A DNA stretch of 41,929 nucleotides, from IMG/VR virus record IMGVR_UViG_3300014613_000623, positions 1-41,929 of that record; one strand, given 5' to 3'. The stretch is from a virus (Duplodnaviria; Caudoviricetes). The notes beneath the pieces were generated by a model. That model did no database searches and was not told where the DNA came from. It saw nothing but the letters and a program-made list of their open reading frames with translations. Below, in pieces: positions 35,579 through 41,929 of the stretch; position 1 is the stretch's first letter, and each line of letters opens with the position of its first letter. The position numbers and the translations under genes were made by a program.

Positions 35579-37084
35579 ATGGCAGATTTCAACATATTAG
35601 CACCGGAGTCACTAGACGACTTATTATTCGCTCCATTCTCGCAAGCAATCGGAGCAACCGAACATCAACGCTTGCAAGCGCAATACCGCAATTACCTGTA
35701 CTACGACGGCTATCAGCATAAAGGCGCGTCAGACGAATTAGTACGCGCGGAAGACGTACCGCGACCACCCGGACTTGACTACGACCCAACGCGCTTTGTC
35801 AGTAACTACGCTCGCCTACTCGTTAGCAAAAAGGCGAAGTGGCAAATGTCGGGCGCACACGGAATCGACGCAAAGGCGCGCAGGTTAGGCGCAGAGGATT
35901 CGCCCGCACAACAAGCGGAGTACAGACGTGCGGAAGCGTTAGAGGCGATTATTACGCAGTTGCGCCGAGAGAACAACGCTAAGGCTCGCTTAATACAAGC
36001 GGCGCGCGACCGTTTAATTGCCGGACGTGTAGCGGTGAAGATCCTATTCAATCCGACGAACGGTCGCCTTAAATGGGTATGGCACCCGGATACCGAAACG
36101 TTTCCGATTTATTCCGAAGATGACTTCGAAGATTTAATCGCATGCCACTTCGTAAGAGAGCGGATGATTGACGGTGAAACGTTTTATCAGAAGCAAACGT
36201 TCGAAATGATCGACGGAGAATGTTGGTTATCGGAAGGTCTTTACAACGCAGAGTTAAAACGCGTAAAAGTAATCACGGAGAAGGCTTCGATGGGCTTACC
36301 GTTCCTACCCGTTGTATTAGTGCCGATTGAAGACTTAGCGGGAGAGCCGGCAATGTCGAAAGAATTCGACGATATCAAAGCGCTATCCGCGATTCTGAAT
36401 CAGATGAACGAAGACGCGATTGACTCGCTGAAATTCGAAATGTTCGGAGTCATGGCGTTAATCAACGCAGCACCCGGAACAGCGGATAAACTAGAAATCG
36501 CAGCAGGCGCATTAGTCGCTATCAACGGTAGTGGTGACAGTCAACCGGACTTAAAGAAAGTCGAAGGCGGATTCCGTTGGAATGAAGCACATAAGGCGGT
36601 TATCGAGCGCACGAAAGCGACGATGTACGAATTAACTTCGCTACCTCAATCGGCAATCGGCGACTTGAATTTCGGTGGTATGAATAACGATGCCATGCGT
36701 ATTGTATTTCACGATATCATCCAAGACACCGAGGAGCATTGGTTAACGTGGGGTCCGCGTCTTACGGAGTTACACGAAAAGTCCGTACGATATTTACAGG
36801 AGCGTGCGAAGACGGCTAAGACGTTCGCATACGACAAAGCCGCGCTATCGTTAATAGGCGACAACTACGACCACGAAATTAAATTCGCGTTACCACTACC
36901 GGATAACCGCGCAGACTTAATCGATTTGCTCACGCTCGAAATGACGGCGGGCTTGGAATCACAAGCAGGTGCATTATCGCGAGCAGGCGTTGAAAACACG
37001 GCGGCTAAACGTGAGGAAATTGCGGGCGACTTGAAGCGTATGCAAGCGCAACAAGATCCGTATAGCGAAGGCGACACGGAATAG
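35579..37084 (+). CDS. Portal protein (SPP1 gp6-like)
   Basis: 501 aa after terL; YYDG.Q, V.NY...LV, I.F..PLP. Confidence 0.85.
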   Translation: MADFNILAPESLDDLLFAPFSQAIGATEHQRLQAQYRNYLYYDGYQHKGASDELVRAEDVPRPPGLDYDPTRFVSNYARLLVSKKAKWQMSGAHGIDAKARRLGAEDSPAQQAEYRRAEALEAIITQLRRENNAKARLIQAARDRLIAGRVAVKILFNPTNGRLKWVWHPDTETFPIYSEDDFEDLIACHFVRERMIDGETFYQKQTFEMIDGECWLSEGLYNAELKRVKVITEKASMGLPFLPVVLVPIEDLAGEPAMSKEFDDIKALSAILNQMNEDAIDSLKFEMFGVMALINAAPGTADKLEIAAGALVAINGSGDSQPDLKKVEGGFRWNEAHKAVIERTKATMYELTSLPQSAIGDLNFGGMNNDAMRIVFHDIIQDTEEHWLTWGPRLTELHEKSVRYLQERAKTAKTFAYDKAALSLIGDNYDHEIKFALPLPDNRADLIDLLTLEMTAGLESQAGALSRAGVENTAAKREEIAGDLKRMQAQQDPYSEGDTE

Positions 37085-37112
37085 AAAAAGACGCCTTTAA
37101 TCGACGTCTTTT
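37085..37112. terminator. Bidirectional terminator
   Basis: AAAAAGACG...CGTCTTTT between the converging portal and moron genes. Confidence 0.7.
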
Positions 37113-37121
37113 CTCTTAAAC

Positions 37122-37277
37122 TTATTTATATAAAGCGTTTTTCAATTCAACCATAATGGTTTTTAATACTACGTCACTTTCATTTTCTTCTAAAAAATCA
37201 GCAAGTAATTCGGCTTCTTCTTTAGATAAAAGTAACTCTATTTTAGTTATTTCTTTTTGCGTATACGCTTTCGCCAT
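37122..37277 (-). CDS. Moron: 51-aa AT-rich hypothetical protein (not in the ORF track)
   Basis: AGGTGG RBS; MAKAYTQKEITKIELLLSKEEAELLADFLEE...; own promoter. Confidence 0.65.
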   Translation of the reverse strand: MAKAYTQKEITKIELLLSKEEAELLADFLEENESDVVLKTIMVELKNALYK

Positions 37278-37310
37278 GTTGCCACCACCTTTTCTTATTA
37301 TCTTATAAGA

Positions 37311-37339
37311 ATAGTAGCACGGTTAGAAACGGAAGTCAA
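37311..37339 (-). promoter_or_regulatory. sigmaA promoter of moron 2
   Basis: Minus strand TTGACT-17 bp-TACTAT. Confidence 0.65.
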
Positions 37340-37369
37340 CGGTAAGGTTTAAATATTTTAATTTATACA

Positions 37370-37399
37370 CGACCGATGCGTAACGTCGTTAAACTTCCG
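37370..37399 (+). repeat. 30-bp direct repeat, copy 1 (CGAC...GTCG-TWAAAC stem-loop)
   Basis: 28/30 identical to 38343-38372. Confidence 0.8.
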
Positions 37400-37424
37400 A
37401 CACAAACGAAATGAGGCGTTGAGT

Positions 37425-37583
37425 ATGGCGGGCAATAAGTCGCGCGAAGTAGGCAAGTTAAACGTAAAAGTCGAGGTAGACGTATCGGAGGCACTAACGG
37501 GATTAAAGGCGTTACAACGTGAGGCACGAGAAGCTACGAAGGCATTGCGCGAGTTAGAGGCGGTGCAACGTAATGCTGAATAA
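37425..37583 (+). CDS. Small phage protein (52 aa)
   Basis: GAGG RBS; VDVSEALTGLKALQREAREATKALRELE. Confidence 0.6.
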   Translation: MAGNKSREVGKLNVKVEVDVSEALTGLKALQREAREATKALRELEAVQRNAE

Positions 37584-38331
37584 AATTACGCAAGGTGACG
37601 CTATTGAAGAAATGCGGAAGTTATCGGATAAGTCGGTCGATATGATTCTTTGCGATTTGCCGTATGGCACTACGGAATGTAAATGGGATACGATAATCCC
37701 GTTCGAGCCGTTGTGGGCGGAATATGAAAGAATAATAAAAGATAACGGCGCTATTGTATTAACCGCAAGTCAGCCGTTTACTACCGCATTAATATCGTCT
37801 AAAATGGCTTTATTTCGGTACGAATTAATTTGGGATAAAACATTCGGCAGGCAACCGCAGTTAGCGAATGTACAGCCTATGAAGCGTCATGAGAATATAC
37901 TCATATTTGCGAAAAAGGGATTCGGAAAGATAACGTACAACCCACAAAAAGAGCCGTTAGAAAAACCGTATAAGGGTGGTGGGGCAAGTAACAAAACGAG
38001 CGGTGTAAATGACCACGGGATAAGACTAAAGAAGTTGCCTAAGACGTATACGCACAAAACACCGACGTCAGTATTATCCTTCAAGCCTCCGAGTAATGGC
38101 GTATCCTTACACCCAACACAGAAACCAACGGAATTATTTGAGTACCTAATACGGACGTATTCAAACGAAGGTGACGTAATTCTCGATAATTGCATAGGAA
38201 GCGGAACCACCGCAGTCGCCGCAATTAATACCGGTCGCCAATTCATCGGAATAGAACGCGAAGCGGAATACTGCCAAATCGCAAGACAACGTATCGCCGA
38301 CGCTTTACAGACGGAAGTCGGCGGTAACTAA
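37573..38331 (+). CDS. N4-C/N6-A DNA methyltransferase, beta class (copy 4)
   Basis: DLPY, HPTQKP, DNCIGSGTT. Confidence 0.9.
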   Translation: MLNKITQGDAIEEMRKLSDKSVDMILCDLPYGTTECKWDTIIPFEPLWAEYERIIKDNGAIVLTASQPFTTALISSKMALFRYELIWDKTFGRQPQLANVQPMKRHENILIFAKKGFGKITYNPQKEPLEKPYKGGGASNKTSGVNDHGIRLKKLPKTYTHKTPTSVLSFKPPSNGVSLHPTQKPTELFEYLIRTYSNEGDVILDNCIGSGTTAVAAINTGRQFIGIEREAEYCQIARQRIADALQTEVGGN

Positions 38332-38342
38332 CGTAACACAAT

Positions 38343-38403
38343 CGACCGATACGTAACGTCGTAAAACTTCCGCACTATCAATCGACTACACGTCGTTAAA
38401 CGG
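38343..38403 (+). repeat. 30-bp repeat copy 2 plus a shorter third stem-loop abutting the scaffold RBS
   Basis: CGACCGATACGTAACGTCGTAAAACTTCCG; CGACTACACGTCGTTAAAC. Confidence 0.75.
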
Positions 38404-38414
38404 AGGTAAACGTT

Positions 38415-38945
38415 ATGAGCGAAGTAAACGAAGAAGTAAACGGTACTGAATCGGAGGAACAAACGCAGACAGATGCGCAGCAACCCGAGCAGAAAATACC
38501 GTATGAGCGTTTCAAGCAGAAAGTTGCGGAGGCGAACGCGCTGAAAGAGAAACTAGCGGAGTTCGAACGTCAACAAGCGGAAGCAGAAACGAAACGACTC
38601 GAAGAAGCAAACGAATTCAAGGCGTTATACGAGGCGGAGAAATCAGCGCGTGAACGTATCGAGGCTGAACGTCAGTCCGAGAAACTAACGCAAATCAAAT
38701 TAAACGCATTACGTGAAGCGGGATATGACGCTGATAAAGTCGAACGCCTAGCGAAGTATATTAGCGGTGACGACGAAGCGTCCGTATTAGTAAGCGTAGA
38801 GGAATTCGCGCAAGACAATCCGGCTAAACCACAACCGGCAGACCCGGCGGTTAACGGCGGAACAAGGCAACAAGCAACGCAGGAAACGTTGAAGGAAAAA
38901 GGGCGCAAGCGATTCGAAGAATTGCGAGCAAAAGGTTTACTTTAA
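38415..38945 (+). CDS. Capsid scaffolding protein
   Basis: IPYERF, long acidic coiled coil, position upstream of the capsid genes. Confidence 0.8.
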   Translation: MSEVNEEVNGTESEEQTQTDAQQPEQKIPYERFKQKVAEANALKEKLAEFERQQAEAETKRLEEANEFKALYEAEKSARERIEAERQSEKLTQIKLNALREAGYDADKVERLAKYISGDDEASVLVSVEEFAQDNPAKPQPADPAVNGGTRQQATQETLKEKGRKRFEELRAKGLL

Positions 38946-38972
38946 AAAACAACTACTAGGAGGATTTTAAAA

Positions 38973-39362
38973 ATGGCAGGTTACTCACTTAATACATCAC
39001 GCGACGCTTTCAAAGGTGGCAAAAACATTCTAGCTTCTGAACACTTCCAATTCGTACACGGTGGCGCAACGCTAGACGCATCAGTTATCGGAAACAAAAC
39101 GTTACCGGTAGGTACGGCTATTATGCGCAATACTACAAGCGGTTTCTACGAAGAATACGCAGACGCAACGGGTGCAATTCCGACTGGATACGATTCATTC
39201 AGCATTCTTAATGTAGACGTAGACGTTGACGGCACAAACGACGTTGTAGTCGGAGAAGTTCTTATTCGCGGATCAGTTTACGAAGCAAAACTAGAAGATA
39301 ACGTTACAGCGGCTTTCAAAACAGAAACTAAAGATAAGTTTTTCTACGTAAGCCATATCTGA
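38973..39362 (+). CDS. Head decoration protein
   Basis: 129 aa between scaffold and capsid; LPVGT, G.VYEAKL. Confidence 0.7.
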   Translation: MAGYSLNTSRDAFKGGKNILASEHFQFVHGGATLDASVIGNKTLPVGTAIMRNTTSGFYEEYADATGAIPTGYDSFSILNVDVDVDGTNDVVVGEVLIRGSVYEAKLEDNVTAAFKTETKDKFFYVSHI

Positions 39363-39434
39363 TTTAGGCGCACTCATACGAGGCGTCTTTTTTAATTCAC
39401 AAAAACTAAAACAACTACTAGGAGGATTTTAAAA

Positions 39435-40451
39435 ATGGCAGGTTTATCTCATTTAGATTCATTCAATCAAGAAACATTATTAGGTTTGGTGGACGAGTCG
39501 GTTCGTAACGCAACACCAACGCTAGGCGACCAATTCTTACCGAACCGTAACGTATATTCTACGAATTTCGCTTACGACGTTATTAAGAACTCGCAACATA
39601 TCGCAGCTATGATCGGATACGGTGCAGAACCGCCAGTAGTAGACCGTGACGCAGTAGCTAAAATGCACGGTGAAATCGCTAAGATGGGTCTTAAATACAT
39701 CGCTACGGAAGAAGAATTGTTAGCGTTAAATCAAGCGCGTAACAACTCGGAACAATCTGCGATGGTTGACCGCTTAACGGTTAAAGGACTTGACTTAGTT
39801 AACGCTATTCAACGTCGTATCGCAGTAGCGAAAATGGAAGCAATCGCTAAAGGCGCTTTCTCGTATAACAAGAACGGCGTAAAAGTTAACGTAGACTTCG
39901 GAGTACCTGCGGGACATAAAGTCGCTTTAACGTCGCCTAACGACTGGGCTAACGCAGACCACGATATCATGGGCGACCTAATAACGTGGGCTTCTACGTA
40001 TGAAACGAACACAGGACGCGCTCCACAAGCGATTCTAGTATCACGCGAAGTATTCGCTTTGATTGCTAAAAACAACGGAATCATCGTTGACGCAGGACGT
40101 CCGGTAGGTGCTTCACGCGCAAGTCAAGCGGATGTACAAGCGGTATTATCTGACAACGGATTGCCAGCGATCACAGTCGTATCTGAACGCAAAGTTACGG
40201 TTAAAGATATCTATACGGGCTTAGACGAAACTATCGAGTACATGCCGGTTAACCGCGTAGTATTCGTATCAGAAGGCGTAGGTAACTTCTTACTAGGACC
40301 GACGGTAGAAAACAACTTCCAACCGGGTATTTTCTTAGACGCTTACGATAACAAAGAGCCGATTCAATCAATCTTCCGTGCAGTAGCGGCTGGATTCCCT
40401 GCAATCGAAGCACCGGAGTTACTATTCCACGCTGACGTTTACACGGTTTAA
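39435..40451 (+). CDS. Major capsid protein (lambda gpE-like)
   Basis: 338 aa; LG.QFLP, VDFGVP..HK, final PAI. Confidence 0.88.
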   Translation: MAGLSHLDSFNQETLLGLVDESVRNATPTLGDQFLPNRNVYSTNFAYDVIKNSQHIAAMIGYGAEPPVVDRDAVAKMHGEIAKMGLKYIATEEELLALNQARNNSEQSAMVDRLTVKGLDLVNAIQRRIAVAKMEAIAKGAFSYNKNGVKVNVDFGVPAGHKVALTSPNDWANADHDIMGDLITWASTYETNTGRAPQAILVSREVFALIAKNNGIIVDAGRPVGASRASQADVQAVLSDNGLPAITVVSERKVTVKDIYTGLDETIEYMPVNRVVFVSEGVGNFLLGPTVENNFQPGIFLDAYDNKEPIQSIFRAVAAGFPAIEAPELLFHADVYTV

Positions 40452-40457
40452 TAACGA

Positions 40458-40691
40458 ATGGCTAACGTAAAAGTACGAGTTTTAAACGCGGTTGTCAACG
40501 GCAATCGCGAAGGCTCGGAAATCTCTATCGACGCTAAATCCGCAAAGCACCTCGCTTCAATCGGATACGTCGAATTAATAGCGGAGGAATCAAAGCCGGT
40601 AGCGAAGGCGGAGTCAGCGCCGACCAACGCGGAAAAGCCAGCGGAGAAACCAACGCAATCAAAACGTAAGTCAACGAAGGATACGAAATAG
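40458..40691 (+). CDS. Small head-associated hypothetical protein
   Basis: Follows the capsid gene; A.HL...GYVE and a Lys/Pro-rich tail. Confidence 0.65.
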   Translation: MANVKVRVLNAVVNGNREGSEISIDAKSAKHLASIGYVELIAEESKPVAKAESAPTNAEKPAEKPTQSKRKSTKDTK

Positions 40692-40703
40692 GAGGTACGC
40701 TAA

Positions 40704-41090
40704 ATGGCGACGCTAACACAGATGACCGAACGTTTAACGAAACGGTTTGCCGCCGTAACTGCGCAACCTGCGTTACAAACGGCAGCTATTGACGTCATGG
40801 CGGACACGTTCGAGTTATTCGGATATTCAGCGTCTGCCGACGTACCTGTCACGGATATTAACCGTTTATTAGCGTATAGTTCCTCGGAACTTGCGTTACA
40901 AATAGCGTTAGATGCTGCGCGGTTCTTTAAATATACGGACGGCGAAGAGTCGGTCGATAAGACGATGATATCGAAGGAGTACCGCGAGTTTGCGGGGTTA
41001 TTCCAAACGGCTTATCTAGCGGAGGAAGCGAAGTTAATCGACTATGACGGTTCATCTTTCCGCGTTATGCGAAGGCTTGACCGCGCATGA
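40704..41090 (+). CDS. Putative head-tail connector
   Basis: Position; YTDGEESVDK. Confidence 0.6.
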   Translation: MATLTQMTERLTKRFAAVTAQPALQTAAIDVMADTFELFGYSASADVPVTDINRLLAYSSSELALQIALDAARFFKYTDGEESVDKTMISKEYREFAGLFQTAYLAEEAKLIDYDGSSFRVMRRLDRA

Positions 41091-41929
41091 AACATGTAGC
41101 GGAATTACACGATAATTTCGACAAGCTAGCGCGAGGATACGGAAAGTTAAACGATAAGCAAGTAGCGTACGCAATTAAGGAAGTCGGACGTGTCCGTGGC
41201 GACATAGCGGAATTACTATCAGAGTTTGCCGCAGAAGACGGCACGGTCAAACGTCAACGACTTTCGCGCTTGCTACGCGAACTTGATACCGTAGAGAAAT
41301 CGCTACGTGCTAACGGAACAGTTGCGTTAGAGAAAGTCGTAAGTGATTCGACTGACTACGCAATTAGCGGACTTAATAAAGTAACGGAATCAGCGCTAGG
41401 CGTTCCGATGGTTACGGCAAGTATCGAAAAGTTAAATAAAGGTACGGTCGACTACGTAATCCGCAGATTCGGCGAAGACGGTCTAATCCTTTCGGATCGT
41501 GTATGGGGAACTAGCGGAGAAATCCGTGACTCTATCGCGTCTGTAATACGTAGTGGAATTATCCGAGGCGATAACGTAGGTTCGATGGTTCGCGATGTGC
41601 GGAAAGCATATGACGCGGAAACGTGGAAGATAAAGCGTTTAGTTGTGACGGAAGGTAATACGGCTTATCGAGTAGCAAGCGCTAATAGCGTAAAGCAATC
41701 GGAAGTCGCTAAGTACGTCCGCATTAACGAAAACGGCAGTCGCCACGGTAATCATACGAATCACAAATGCTATAAATTAGCGCAAGTCGATAAGTACGGA
41801 GAAGGGCGCGGTATTTATTTACCGACTGACACCGAAATCTACATGCCACATCCGCAATGCAGTTCGTTTATTACTCCGGTAATACTCGATAAATACTTAA
41901 CGGGCGACTTCGGTGGCTCGATAACTTAG
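41087..41929 (+). CDS. Head morphogenesis protein (SPP1 gp7 / Mu F-like)
   Basis: LSDRVW, RLVVTE...AY, PHPQC. Confidence 0.75.
   Translation: MKHVAELHDNFDKLARGYGKLNDKQVAYAIKEVGRVRGDIAELLSEFAAEDGTVKRQRLSRLLRELDTVEKSLRANGTVALEKVVSDSTDYAISGLNKVTESALGVPMVTASIEKLNKGTVDYVIRRFGEDGLILSDRVWGTSGEIRDSIASVIRSGIIRGDNVGSMVRDVRKAYDAETWKIKRLVVTEGNTAYRVASANSVKQSEVAKYVRINENGSRHGNHTNHKCYKLAQVDKYGEGRGIYLPTDTEIYMPHPQCSSFITPVILDKYLTGDFGGSIT

Larger units (their letters stand above)
79..41929 (+). mobile_element. Prophage (temperate Bacillales phage, probably siphovirus), left part; continues beyond the window
   Basis: tRNA 3'-half att core at the left end, then co-oriented phage replication, nucleotide-metabolism, terminase, portal and capsid genes with Firmicutes-type GGAGG RBSs. 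Confidence 0.95.

Noticed and set aside
364-41250. Numerous minus-strand and alternate-frame ORFs in the track (e.g. 364..882, 12708..13079, 37887..38246)
   Set aside because: They are shadows of well-supported + strand genes, with no RBS or recognisable motif.

Overview
The window is almost entirely the left ~42 kb of a temperate, probably siphoviral, prophage of a Bacillales host; its gene set resembles the B. cereus phBC6A51 type (from recall, not a search). It starts at a displaced 3' half of tRNA-Val(GAC) at 79-123 (minus strand), which looks like an att core. Gene order: membrane moron; early and replication genes (DnaC-like loader, DnaB helicase, TOPRIM primase); a central switch (two leftward HTH genes facing a sigma-like gene); SSB, PolA, exonuclease and RuvC; nucleotide metabolism (thioredoxin, class II RNR, PhoH, dUTPase, ThyX); then the packaging and head module. 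Integrase, tail and lysis genes are not in the window. The most unusual signals are non-coding: (1) a dif-like Xer core abutting an ArgR/AhrC-type box upstream of terS; (2) two 'HTH gene + iteron-like repeats + identical 20-bp palindrome' cassettes 29 kb apart; (3) a long rod-like RNA structure in front of an HNH gene; (4) a bipartite promoter-like motif repeated three times in tandem and once before the sigma-like gene; (5) two antisense morons with shared promoter and terminator parts; (6) four paralogous DNA methyltransferases. All calls come from reading the sequence by eye; no database search or folding program was run.
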